The position numbers were made by a program, and so were the translations under genes. The notes beneath the pieces were generated by a model. It saw nothing but the letters and a program-made list of their open reading frames with translations. It searched no databases and was not told where the DNA came from. A stretch of DNA of 41,143 nucleotides from Alphaproteobacteria bacterium (GTDB taxonomy: Bacteria; Pseudomonadota; Alphaproteobacteria; Rhizobiales; Rhodomicrobiaceae), in assembly GCA_041740655.1 (NCBI GenBank), contig JBGSLP010000072.1, positions 1-41,143 on the forward strand. The letters run 5' to 3'. Every line of letters begins with the position of its first letter. Within the stretch, counting starts at the first letter, position 1. Below are positions 1 to 8,221 of this stretch, in pieces.

Positions 1-1176
1 GTCATCGCCGTGGCCGCGCTGGCGTTCATTGCGTGGTCGATCTGGGGGCCGGAACCGCGCTTCACGTATGGCCTCGTCGCTGCCGTATCCGTGCTTATCA
101 TCGCCTGCCCCTGCGCGCTCGGCCTTGCCACGCCGATGTCGATCATGGTCGGCGTTGGGCGCGGCGCGCAGGCCGGGGTGCTCATCAAAAACGCTGAGGC
201 GCTCGAACGGCTGGAAAAGGTCGACACGATCATCCTCGATAAAACCGGCACGCTAACGCTCGGCAAACCGGCGGTGACTGCGATAAAAACCGCCCCCGGC
301 TTTCAGGAAGACGACGTGCTGCGTTTCGCGGCCAGTCTTGAGCGTGGCAGCGAACATCCCTTGGGCGCGGCGATCGTGAAGGAAGCGGAGGCGCGCGGCC
401 TCGCGTTGAGCAACGCAGCAGATTTTGACGCCGTTACGGGTAAGGGGATTGCCGGCAAAATTAACGAAGCCCTAGTTCTCATAGGCACAGCCAAGTTTTT
501 GACAGAGCGCGGCGTTTCGCTGGGCGCACTGGAGACCGATGCCGAAGCTCTACGCCGCGAAGGCGCAACTGTCGTGTTCGTCGCAATCCGCGATCAGATG
601 GCTGGCGTCATCGCTATCGCCGATCCGATCAAGGAAACCACCGCGCCCGCGCTTGCCGCCTTGCGCGACGCGGGCATCCGTATCGTCATGCTGACGGGGG
701 ACAACAAGACCACGGCGCAAGCCATTGCCGCCAAGCTTGGCATAACCGAGATCGAAGCCGAAGTGCTGCCCGCCGACAAGGCCCGCATCGTGGAGCGTCT
801 GCGCGCAGAGGGCCGCGTTGTGGCCATGGCAGGCGACGGCGTGAACGACGCGCCAGCGCTCGCCGCCGCCGATGTGGGCATCGCCATGGGCACGGGAACG
901 GACGTTGCGATAGAGAGTGCGGGCGTAACGCTACTTAGAGGCGACCTTATGGGCATCGTGCGGGCGCGGGCTCTGTCGAAGGCGGTGATGAGCAACATCC
1001 GCCAAAATCTGTTCTTCGCCTTCATCTACAACTCAGCGGGCGTACCAATCGCGGCGGGCCTCCTCTACCCGTTTCTGGGCCTGCTGCTGTCGCCCATGAT
1101 CGCCGCCGCCGCGATGGCGCTCTCATCGGTCAGCGTCATTGCGAATGCGCTTCGCCTCCGCACAAAGGAACTTTAA
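1..1176 (+). CDS. copA: Cu(I)-translocating P1B-type ATPase, C-terminal ~390 aa (5' end lies outside the window)
   Basis: The frame is open from base 1. Motifs present: CPC in [20 protein letters not shown] phosphorylation site, LTGDN, and [10 protein letters not shown] hinge. [14 protein letters not shown] (N-x6-YN-x4-P) and [11 protein letters not shown] (M-x2-SS-x5-N) fit the Cu(I)-type TM7/TM8 signatures. Confidence 0.9.
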   Translation, partial: VIAVAALAFIAWSIWGPEPRFTYGLVAAVSVLIIACPCALGLATPMSIMVGVGRGAQAGVLIKNAEALERLEKVDTIILDKTGTLTLGKPAVTAIKTAPGFQEDDVLRFAASLERGSEHPLGAAIVKEAEARGLALSNAADFDAVTGKGIAGKINEALVLIGTAKFLTERGVSLGALETDAEALRREGATVVFVAIRDQMAGVIAIADPIKETTAPALAALRDAGIRIVMLTGDNKTTAQAIAAKLGITEIEAEVLPADKARIVERLRAEGRVVAMAGDGVNDAPALAAADVGIAMGTGTDVAIESAGVTLLRGDLMGIVRARALSKAVMSNIRQNLFFAFIYNSAGVPIAAGLLYPFLGLLLSPMIAAAAMALSSVSVIANALRLRTKEL

Positions 1177-1181
1177 AGACT

Positions 1182-1587
1182 TTATGCATGCAAAGCGGTG
1201 AAACAGAAATCAATCAGCAGCTTAATGTTTAGCATGGCTATGACGATTGCGATCAGCCCGGCAAAATGAGCCATCGCGGCGCGACCAGCGCGCCCATTTT
1301 TGCTTTATCCGCCGTAAACATCACAAGCAGAAAACACGGCGAATGAAAGCTGCAAACTGAGAACAACCTGCTTCAAGATCAAAAGCTTCGCAGTCCCGGC
1401 GTCGCCATCCCAAATTGTTACTATCGACGCGGGAACGATGGCAATTGCGCGCGTGATGAGCCGTCTAGGCCACGGCGGCAGCTTTATGTCGAGAAAGCCC
1501 TCCGTGACGATCTGACCGGCAAGCGTCGCGGTCTCTGTCGAATTGATTCCGCAGCACAGGAGTGCGATGCCGAATGGAGTTGAGAAG
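1182..1587 (-). pseudogene. mntH: Nramp/MntH-family Mn/Fe transporter, disrupted 3' fragment
   Basis: Reverse-strand reading has no ATG, so it is absent from the ORF track. It gives [54 protein letters not shown]...[16 protein letters not shown], which is Nramp-like (GQ-x-V-x-EGFL, RRLITR, Q-V-LS-QL-FA). An in-frame stop and at least one frame change follow, then a [13 protein letters not shown] / LIAIVIAMLNIKLLIDF tail. The N-terminal two thirds are missing and the fragment abuts the CDF start at 1588. Confidence 0.55.
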
Positions 1588-2348
1588 ATGTCAGCCAGTT
1601 GCTGCGGCCACGACGCGAAATTCGAGGGTTTGTCAGCCGATTAGAAACGGCGGTTCGGCTGTTAACCGATCGGTCGTTGGTTCGATTCCAGGCCGGGGAG
1701 CCATTTTTTCTTTGGATCGTCATTGCTATTAACGCGGTCATGTTCGTTGGAAATGACGGACTGCCCTCTCGCAGGCAGCCAAGCCTTGCAAGCCGACGCG
1801 CTCGACTTCCTCGGCGATACGCTCACCTATGGCATAAGCCTCGCGGTCATCGGCATGAGCTTGCAAACACGCGCCATCGCAGCGCTGGCAAAGGGCATTA
1901 GTCTATTTTTTATGGGGCTCTGGGTGTTTGGCTCAACAGCTTATCAGGTGTTAGTGCTTGGCGTGCCGAGCGCGGAGATCATGGGGGTTGTAGGATTTCT
2001 CGCGCTTGCCGCCAATGTCGCCAGCTTTTGCTGCTGGTACTTTACAAGGATGGCGACGCTAATGTCCGCTCCGTTTGGCTATGCTCCCGAAATGACGCCA
2101 TCGGCAACGTGGCGGTGATGGGCGCAGCTGTGTCTGTTTGGGTGACAGCGACGGCTTGGACGGACTTAATTGTGACCTCCATTATGGCCGGGTTGTTTTT
2201 GACGTCATCCATTAGCATTCTGCGGCTAGGCATCGGTGAATATCGAGGCAAGCTAACACACTCAGCGCCTTCGGACGACCATGAAGGCCATCGCCACGCC
2301 ATGGACGATAAATCCCATGTGATACCCCCCACTAATTCCAATTTGTGA
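1588..2348 (+). pseudogene. Short cation-diffusion-facilitator (CDF) transporter with multiple inactivating lesions
   Basis: ATG at 1588 gives [18 protein letters not shown]-stop-KRR. Track ORFs in alternating frames then join into one CDF-like sequence. ORF 1599..1901 contributes WIVIAINAVMFV. ORF 1723..2118 contributes EMT..LAGSQALQADALDFLGDTLTYG...LAANVASF. ORF 2028..2348 contributes LYKDGDANVRSVWLCSRNDAIGNVAV plus a His-rich tail. Lesions: TAG at 1642-1644, an insertion at 1654-1703/1709, and frame changes near 1745-1765 and 2025-2030. Confidence 0.7.
1654..1709 (+). other. tRNA-Asn(GTT)-like 3' half (anticodon arm to CCA) plus T-run, inserted inside the CDF pseudogene
   Basis: Sequence is TTCGG-CTGTTAA-CCGAT-CGGTC-GTTGG-TTCGATT-CCAGG-CCGGGGA-G-CCA followed by TTTTTT. 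It shows an anticodon-loop GTT, a canonical T-loop, an acceptor 3' strand, a discriminator and CCA. One mismatch each occurs in the anticodon stem and the T stem. No convincing 5' acceptor or D arm lies upstream. Confidence 0.5.
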
Positions 2349-2400
2349 AAGTGGTGACTCCTGAAAAATCACCCTTTCTTCATGATGATTGTGGTGCGCG

Positions 2401-2514
2401 TTATTGCAATTCATGCTCCGTGCTGCCCTCACGGCAATCCGCCGTGTCGGTTTGCAAGGTGACGTGTTGGATTTGAAACTTTTGGGCGAGCAGCACGCTG
2501 TGAACGCCAATCAT
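2401..2514 (-). pseudogene. C-terminal remnant of a second CDF (CzcD/ZitB-like) transporter
   Basis: A 37-codon reverse ORF reads MIGVHSVLLAQKFQIQHVTLQTDTADCREGSTEHELQ. The pattern F-x-I-x-H-V-T-L-Q...C is the typical extreme C-terminus of CzcD/ZitB-type CDFs. No upstream body is present. Confidence 0.45.
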
Positions 2515-2544
2515 TGCCGTGCGATCCGAATGTGTTTAGTGGTA

Positions 2545-3894
2545 TTACGCAGGGACTGCGCCTTGGTGCGCATGCCCGTGGTTTTCTGAACGATCCCGGC
2601 GTATGACGTATGCTGTCAGAAGCGACGCGACCATCATGGCGATCCCGTGCCGCCCGCTGATAAAGATCCACAGACCTTCAGCTTTAGTTCCCCAGGTATC
2701 GGGGTTTCCAACCTCGAAGGGCAATCTCACCGGCGAGAGCAGGACGATGAACGCAAGCCCCCAGGCAATGCAGACGGTGACCCAGAGAAATCTGTTCGGC
2801 GAGTTGTTTGCAAAACTCCGAGCAGTGAACATGAGGGACGCCGCCAGAACCGGGAGCGCGACGAACAAGTGATCGCCCAGGGAAAGCGGACCGCAACTTA
2901 AGCTTAAGGCAATAAGCAGACCAAGTTCAAGGAGCGAGCGTTGCCGGCTCTGTTCAGGCGGTTCTCGCAGTGGCGTCCCAGCAGGAACGGCATACAGATA
3001 GGCCCACACGGCGACACCAACGACAGGCAGGAGCAGCACGTTCACAAGGCGCGGGTTGTTGACATACGGAACGCTAAAGGGGTTTTCCGAAAAAAGCCTG
3101 ATGAACAGGCCATTGAAGGACTGGTTGTCGGGCTTGGCGGCTTGATCGTATTGCGCATAAATCCTGGTCGCCTCGAGCCATCCGAAAAACGTGCTCCAGA
3201 GATTTTCGACCATGGGCATAAAGGACAATGCGAAAATCACGGCGCTTGCCCCGACGACAAACCCTGCGGTCCACCAATCCCGCCGCCTCAGGAGAAAGAA
3301 AACCATGACTCCCATGAAGGGCTTCAACACAATCATGAAAGCCCATAGGACAGTCGACAATTTTTTGCGCCCGTCCAGGTAATATGACAAGCCAAGTACG
3401 AGCAAGAGGAGCAGAAGGAAATTGATCTGCCCGTGATAGATGTCGACGCGCGTAATATGACTGACGGCGACCAAACCAACAAAAAAAGTTAAGAAATGCC
3501 ACGAAAACTGTGTGCTAAAATTACGAAACATCACGATGATTGACGCCATCATGATTATGAAACAGAGAACAACCCATATCCATACGAACCAACTGCCAAA
3601 CGCGATGTCCATAACGGCGATAACGTCGGCGAGCAGTGGAGGATACACATAAAGATCGAAGCCATACTTGCTTAGGTCGTAAGGATTTTCTCCCTCGGCG
3701 ACAATTCGAGCTGCTTTCAGGTAAAGGCCCAGATCCGTCCACAAGGGGAATTCTGTATTTTGCAGAAAACGCCGTATGATGCCGTAAATACCAACGATAA
3801 AGAGTAACAGCCCAACAAATGCAATCGCGGAAAGGAATACTTTCTTTAAAGGATAGTCTTGAGAACCGAGCATCTTTGACGGAGACATGTTCAT
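2545..3894 (-). CDS. Polytopic membrane glycosyltransferase-like protein (DUF2029 / GT87, GT-C fold)
   Basis: Track ORF 2545..3954 contains many hydrophobic segments. The N-terminal loop DLGLYLKAARIVAEGENPYD...YVYPPLLA is typical of DUF2029/GT87. The ATG at 3894 (MNMSPSK) is preferred over the TTG at 3954. The gene is visibly AT-richer than its neighbours. Confidence 0.65.
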   Translation of the reverse strand: MNMSPSKMLGSQDYPLKKVFLSAIAFVGLLLFIVGIYGIIRRFLQNTEFPLWTDLGLYLKAARIVAEGENPYDLSKYGFDLYVYPPLLADVIAVMDIAFGSWFVWIWVVLCFIIMMASIIVMFRNFSTQFSWHFLTFFVGLVAVSHITRVDIYHGQINFLLLLLLVLGLSYYLDGRKKLSTVLWAFMIVLKPFMGVMVFFLLRRRDWWTAGFVVGASAVIFALSFMPMVENLWSTFFGWLEATRIYAQYDQAAKPDNQSFNGLFIRLFSENPFSVPYVNNPRLVNVLLLPVVGVAVWAYLYAVPAGTPLREPPEQSRQRSLLELGLLIALSLSCGPLSLGDHLFVALPVLAASLMFTARSFANNSPNRFLWVTVCIAWGLAFIVLLSPVRLPFEVGNPDTWGTKAEGLWIFISGRHGIAMMVASLLTAYVIRRDRSENHGHAHQGAVPA

Positions 3895-4379
3895 CTTGAG
3901 CCCTGTTGAAAGGCAACATTTTTGACGCGGATTTTCACCCGCTGCAATGCGCAAAATCTAACTTATTTGGTAGCCCACTTAAGCTGCTCGAATGGAGCAC
4001 AAAGTCTTTTGAGGTTATTCCTCGATCTCCGTAAAAGCAATCCAAGACGTTCCACGTTGCTAGTTTTGGTTAAACGCAATATCGCGTCATGTGTAAGACA
4101 AACCACAGTGAGTTTTCTTTGGTGGTAGAGATGGCTGCTGCGCGGCGACCTCCCGCCCAAACTCTGCATATTGATGCGGGAGGACGGCGAGAACGATGAG
4201 CTTACTACACCTAGCAGCGTCATCGTCGAGGCCGCACCGAACCCTGAAACGATTGGCGGCTAGGACATCACCATCCCTGCAGGCATGCGGCGCCGCGAGC
4301 TTCGCATCATCGACAGCACGGTTATGACGCAGTGACGATTATTGCCCGCAGCGATCACTTTAAAAGGATAACGTGCAAA

Positions 4380-4417
4380 TGGCGATCCCGGCCGGGTTCG
4401 AACCAGCAACCCCCGTC
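4380..4417 (-). other. tRNA-like 3' fragment (T arm + acceptor 3' strand + CCA)
   Basis: The reverse complement reads GACGGGGGTT-GCTGG-TTCGAAC-CCGGC-CGGGATC-G-CCA, with a canonical T-loop and CCA end. No matching 5' acceptor strand (GATCCCG), D arm or anticodon arm lies in the adjacent 80 nt. Confidence 0.4.
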
Positions 4418-4474
4418 ACAACGATTCCAGGCGGCGGATGCCTCTTGGCCGCTGTGGCTAACGCGTCATCACCG

Positions 4475-5263
4475 CTAACCGCCATTTCCCGGGTAGGAGC
4501 GGCGCACGGCCTCCGTTGCGGCGGCAAGGCGCGGCGAATGGGCGGGACCAGCAAGAGCGTAGCCATGACGTCCGTCGAACCAGAAGCGGGTTTCGATGCC
4601 TTGGCTTACGCGGATTTGCAATCCCTTCGGGCGTTCGCCAGTTGTCGCGCGAACGTAGAAGATAAAGCGCCGTTTTTCGGCGTCTTCGTAGAGGAACATG
4701 CCTGCCGGGCCTGCATCGGCGGACAACAGGCGTCCGCCCATGAACTCTAATCCGGCCTCGGTGAGATCGGGAATATCAATGCTGCGACCTACTTGACCAG
4801 ACACCCAACTGGCAAGCCGCACCCGGTTATCGGCCGTGAACTCCACTGGCTGAATTTGATCGTTGGCGAACACGCGCCAGGCTGCTGTCGCGTCCGCCAT
4901 TGTACCCAAAGTGGAGGGCGGCGATAAGCCATCGCGCGCAGCCCAGCCCCCGACCCCTCCCACCATCAAGAGTACGACGGATGCAACCGCCCGTTTTACC
5001 ATACGCCGATGGGCGTTAGCACCTGCCCGGCGTAATTCAGCAAGCCGCATTGTGGTAGGGATCGGTTCAAGGTGAGTTGCAGCGGCAACTCTAAGATTAT
5101 CCCTGATGCGCTTGTCTGCTTTGAAGGCGTGAGCTTTATCTGGGTTCGCGGCAAGCCAGGCTTCGACGCTCACCGCACGGGCCTCGTCGAGACGCCCGTC
5201 GATGAAGGCTTGCAAATCATCCTCGCCAATTGCTCCTAAACCGTTTTCGTGGCTTCTGCTCAC
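4475..5263 (-). CDS. Anti-sigma factor (single-pass membrane protein, periplasmic C-domain)
   Basis: The GTG start overlaps the sigma stop (GTGA). The N-terminal anti-sigma segment reads DLQAFIDGRLDEARAVSVEAWLAANP. One TM segment (AVASVVLLMVGGVGGWAA) is present. Its position directly after the ECF sigma gene is typical. Confidence 0.75.
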   Translation of the reverse strand: MSRSHENGLGAIGEDDLQAFIDGRLDEARAVSVEAWLAANPDKAHAFKADKRIRDNLRVAAATHLEPIPTTMRLAELRRAGANAHRRMVKRAVASVVLLMVGGVGGWAARDGLSPPSTLGTMADATAAWRVFANDQIQPVEFTADNRVRLASWVSGQVGRSIDIPDLTEAGLEFMGGRLLSADAGPAGMFLYEDAEKRRFIFYVRATTGERPKGLQIRVSQGIETRFWFDGRHGYALAGPAHSPRLAAATEAVRRSYPGNGG

Positions 5264-5778
5264 TTTGTTTTCCTCAATGCAATCACTGCGCCGCCTTCTA
5301 GAATCTGTCTTAGGCGCTCCCTCCCTCGCGCCAGCCGTGACATGACGGTCCCGAGCGGCAGCCCGAGCATCTTAGCGACGTCTGCATAAGCCAAATCCTC
5401 GATGGCAACGAGCCACAATACCGTTCGCTGTTCATGGGGCAACAACGTCAATGCGCGTAGCGCCTCGTTTTGCGCCAGCGCCTGCTCTTGCATAGGCGGT
5501 GTCGCAAGCGCCATCGCCTCGTCGATGTGGGAATGCTCGCCCCGCCCTCGCTCCCGCCGTTCGTCCGACAAAAACTTCCGGTAGAGGATCGCAAATAGCC
5601 AGCTTTTGACACTTTCAGGCTGGCGCAGCGCAGCCCAGTTCGACAGCGCCGCCAAAAGCGTATCCTGCACGAGATCGTCGGCGCTATGGCGCTCGCGAAC
5701 AAGCGTCAGCGCGAAGCGCCGCAGGGCCGGGATGTGAGCCTCGATGGCGGCGTCACGCTCCCGCCGGTTCCAGAACAA
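5260..5778 (-). CDS. ECF (sigma-70 family group IV) RNA polymerase sigma factor
   Basis: Region 2 reads LRRFALTLVRERHSADDLVQDTLLAAL and region 4 HTH reads LAYADVAKMLGLPLGTVMSRLARGRERL. A TTG start is preceded by GAGGAGG at about 8 nt. Confidence 0.9.
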   Translation of the reverse strand: MFWNRRERDAAIEAHIPALRRFALTLVRERHSADDLVQDTLLAALSNWAALRQPESVKSWLFAILYRKFLSDERRERGRGEHSHIDEAMALATPPMQEQALAQNEALRALTLLPHEQRTVLWLVAIEDLAYADVAKMLGLPLGTVMSRLARGRERLRQILEGGAVIALRKTK

Positions 5779-5792
5779 AGTTTAACACCTCC

Positions 5793-6218
5793 TCAAGACG
5801 GGCCCCGATTGCCGTCAAGTTGCGGATAGTCAGTCTCGGCGGCTGAGCTATCCCTCCGCAACGTCGCAAGGCGTCCGCGCATACCGGCGATCTCACCATT
5901 CTGATCCGCGATCATCGCCTCCGCCAGCGCCCGGGTCAGAGGGTCCTTACCCGCCGCCAGCACCAGCCGGGCCATCTCGACCGCCCCCCAATGGTGCGGG
6001 ATCATCATGGCGAGAAAGTCGATATCGGCATCACCGGATGGCGGATCGCGGTGCATATCCTCCATCATCGTCTTCATCGAGCTATGCATTTCGGACGTGA
6101 AGCGCTGATAGCTGTCTAACTTGGCTTCGCCGGTGTGTGCGCCATGGTCATGCGGCCCATGGCCATGGCTGGAATCGGCAGCGCCAGGTAAATCTCGCTC
6201 GTTCATCGGTCTTTCCAA
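5793..6218 (-). CDS. DUF305 family protein with His-rich N-terminus
   Basis: DIDFLAMMIPHHWGAVEMARLVL and ALAEAMIADQNGEIAGMRGRL match the DUF305 four-helix repeat (HH-x-GA-x-MA). The N-terminus SSHGHGPHDHGAHTGE is His-rich. The start abuts the upstream stop at 6219. Confidence 0.8.
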   Translation of the reverse strand: MERPMNERDLPGAADSSHGHGPHDHGAHTGEAKLDSYQRFTSEMHSSMKTMMEDMHRDPPSGDADIDFLAMMIPHHWGAVEMARLVLAAGKDPLTRALAEAMIADQNGEIAGMRGRLATLRRDSSAAETDYPQLDGNRGPS

Positions 6219-7595
6219 CTAAGCCGTTGCGCTTGGTGCGCCGGGTCGCACATAGACGAGATTGATGCTTTTCTTGTTCCGAAGCTTACCAGACGGCAAT
6301 TCCAGATCACCGAGCGGAATTTGCGTGATAAAGCGCGGCTTGAACACATCAGTGACGTCGAAAGCGCTGCAAACGGTTTGGCCCGCGTTCGGCGTTCCCG
6401 GTAATTCATCCGCCTCATGCGCCACGTAAAGCTTGGTGTTGGACGGATCGGTCCAGATGCCGTGGCTGTCGCGGCCCTGGCTAAAGAACGTAGAAACCAC
6501 CTTACGCGCGCCGGTTGCAGCGCTCCGGTCTATGACGCCGACACGGCTGGAGGCCACACCGCCAGGGGCGTCATCGTCGATGCGGGCAAACGTTACGTAA
6601 GCCACGCGCCCGCTTGCGTTTTCCACGAACTCCACATGGTTCGGACGCGCCTTGTCTCCAAGACTGATGGTTTCCAGCAGTTTCGTGTCGTCAGCGCTCG
6701 AAATGACCGATACCGCATCGGCAAGCTTGTGGGATACCCACATTTCGGCGCTGTTTGGTGCGCGTTTCAGGAATGGGCTGAAGCCGAATTTGTCCGGGGC
6801 TGAGATATCGAGCGTGGCTTTGCGCCGCTCCGTCGAAAATCCCTTCGCGTCGTAGCTCACCTCGAACACGTCGATCCGCGATGTCTTTTGCGAGATGATG
6901 AATGCCATGCGCCCGTCGCCGGAGAACCAGACCATCGCCGGGCCGGGCAGCACGGGGATCATACGCAGAAGCGACGAGCCGCGCGGCGCTGCGCCTGCAC
7001 ACTCGGCCTTAGCTTTGTCCACGTCGATGACAGCGATCTTGTTTTCCCCGCGGACCGCCACCCAGATCTCGCGGCCGGTGCGGGTGAAGGTGGGCTCATG
7101 CGGCTCGCGCCCGACCAAAATGCCGGAGGTGAGAATCTCTGCGTTTGCCGTCGGCCCGGCTTGGCTGTTGGGCTGATTGCCGATCACTTTCAAGGTGCGA
7201 GTATCGATCAGATAGAGATTGCTCGTACCGCGGCCCGCCGTTGCAAGCAATGTCGAGTCGGGTGAGGGAACGCAGCCGTGAATGGAGATGGCGCCGTGAT
7301 ACAGCGGCTTTTGCACCATGGCGCCGTGGGTTGGAGTCATCCCGCCGGTGACGAAGCGGAAGGGAGGGCGCGGGTCTTCGTCGAAACTGGTGAGGTTGAC
7401 GGTCGCCTCGACAGCGTCTTTGACTGGATCGATCACGGTCAGCGTGTTCGAATCCTCGTTGGTCAAAAATACCCGGTCCCCGTTTTGTGGCCCATTGGCG
7501 GCATGTGACGGCGATGGTTTCATAGCGACCGCCACGGTCGCGGCGCCAACGCCGGCTAAAAAAGTTCTACGGTCCAACGCCCAGTCATTCGCCAT
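6219..7595 (-). CDS. Tat-exported YVTN/lactonase-type beta-propeller protein
   Basis: A twin-arginine leader reads MANDWALDRRTFLAGVGAATVAVAM..SHA. Blade-like repeats recur: LTVIDP, LYLIDTR, IAVIDVD, RIDVFEV, VSVISS, VGVIDRS and LYVAHE. The ATG at 7595 is preceded by GAGGGGAG. The track ORF start at 7646 was rejected. Confidence 0.75.
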   Translation of the reverse strand: MANDWALDRRTFLAGVGAATVAVAMKPSPSHAANGPQNGDRVFLTNEDSNTLTVIDPVKDAVEATVNLTSFDEDPRPPFRFVTGGMTPTHGAMVQKPLYHGAISIHGCVPSPDSTLLATAGRGTSNLYLIDTRTLKVIGNQPNSQAGPTANAEILTSGILVGREPHEPTFTRTGREIWVAVRGENKIAVIDVDKAKAECAGAAPRGSSLLRMIPVLPGPAMVWFSGDGRMAFIISQKTSRIDVFEVSYDAKGFSTERRKATLDISAPDKFGFSPFLKRAPNSAEMWVSHKLADAVSVISSADDTKLLETISLGDKARPNHVEFVENASGRVAYVTFARIDDDAPGGVASSRVGVIDRSAATGARKVVSTFFSQGRDSHGIWTDPSNTKLYVAHEADELPGTPNAGQTVCSAFDVTDVFKPRFITQIPLGDLELPSGKLRNKKSINLVYVRPGAPSATA

Positions 7596-7835
7596 AATGC
7601 TCCCCTCACGAAATTGAAAACGCGCCATCTTTGCAAGACGCGTCATTGAGTAAGAGACATCGGGAGCGGATTTAATCCCTGGGGCGTTCTCGCTTTTATA
7701 AAAATCTACTTAATTGGGTTCCGCTGCGGCACAAAATCCTTGGCGCTGCGAGGAAAATGGCTTCAGCGGACTCACTGGAACCGGCAAAACCAAAATCCCG
7801 ATCTGGGTCCCAAACCCGCCGTTCCAACAGAGCGC

Positions 7836-8198
7836 CTAATCGGAACTGCCCACATTTCCCGAAATAACCTTTGCGCACTGTGAACTAAGATTACCGAGCT
7901 GTTTTTTCATGCAGTTCACTACTTCGCTGCCCGGTTTGGCGGAGGAACACAGGCGCTGATAGTCGGGCAAACAGATCTCCCCCATAATGACTGCCTCACG
8001 ACATTGTGGTTTCAAAGTCGGCATCTGCTCGCTCAAGCATTTGATGATACGTCCGCCGCCCGGCATCACCCCCGCGCAATAACTTAGATAGTCGCTTCGG
8101 CATGCGTTCATCACATCGCTCGGATTTAATCCTTGCGCCGACACTTGCGAGACCGTGGATATGACTGCGGCTACCGTAAAACCTGTTATTGACCTCAT
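7836..8198 (-). CDS. Secreted cysteine-rich-repeat protein (two C-x-x-D-x4-C...C-L/M...C units)
   Basis: A signal-like N-terminus reads MRSITGFTVAAVISTVSQVSAQG. Two repeats follow: CRSDYLSYCAGVMPGGGRIIKCLSEQMPTLKPQC and CLPDYQRLCSSAKPGSEVVNCMKKQLGNLSSQC. The ATG at 8198 avoids overlap with the upstream gene. Confidence 0.65.
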   Translation of the reverse strand: MRSITGFTVAAVISTVSQVSAQGLNPSDVMNACRSDYLSYCAGVMPGGGRIIKCLSEQMPTLKPQCREAVIMGEICLPDYQRLCSSAKPGSEVVNCMKKQLGNLSSQCAKVISGNVGSSD

Positions 8199-8221
8199 GG
8201 TTTGTCCTATTGCGTCTATGG

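Noticed and set aside
1621-1703. Possible complete tRNA-Asn gene. Upstream TTCGAGG could pair partly with CCGGGGA, and TAGAAACGGCGG resembles a D-stem/anticodon-stem junction.
   Set aside because: Only 5 of 7 acceptor pairs form and no proper D arm is present. Extra bases lie between the D-like and anticodon segments. The upstream part is better explained as CDF coding sequence (..FEGLSADYKRR). Only the 3' half is treated as tRNA-derived.
4125-4335. Short plus-strand reading frames (..SSVIVEAAPNPETIGG, DITIPAGMRRRELRIIDSTVMTQ) that vaguely recall IS66-family accessory protein fragments or an integrase relic next to the tRNA-like fragment.
   Set aside because: The similarity is too weak and too short to support from memory. 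No transposase or integrase motifs were found in any frame.
4380-4460. Possible full tRNA gene or tmRNA 3' end on the minus strand.
   Set aside because: No 5' acceptor strand complementary to CGGGATC exists. There is no D arm and no foldable anticodon arm in the 80 nt examined. It is kept only as a tRNA-like 3' fragment with low confidence.
7596-7835. Candidate ECF-type promoter upstream of the propeller operon. Several GGAAC/GAAC motifs are present on the minus strand.
   Set aside because: None is followed at 16-17 nt by a convincing CGTC/CGTT-type -10 element. This cannot be called without the group-specific motif.
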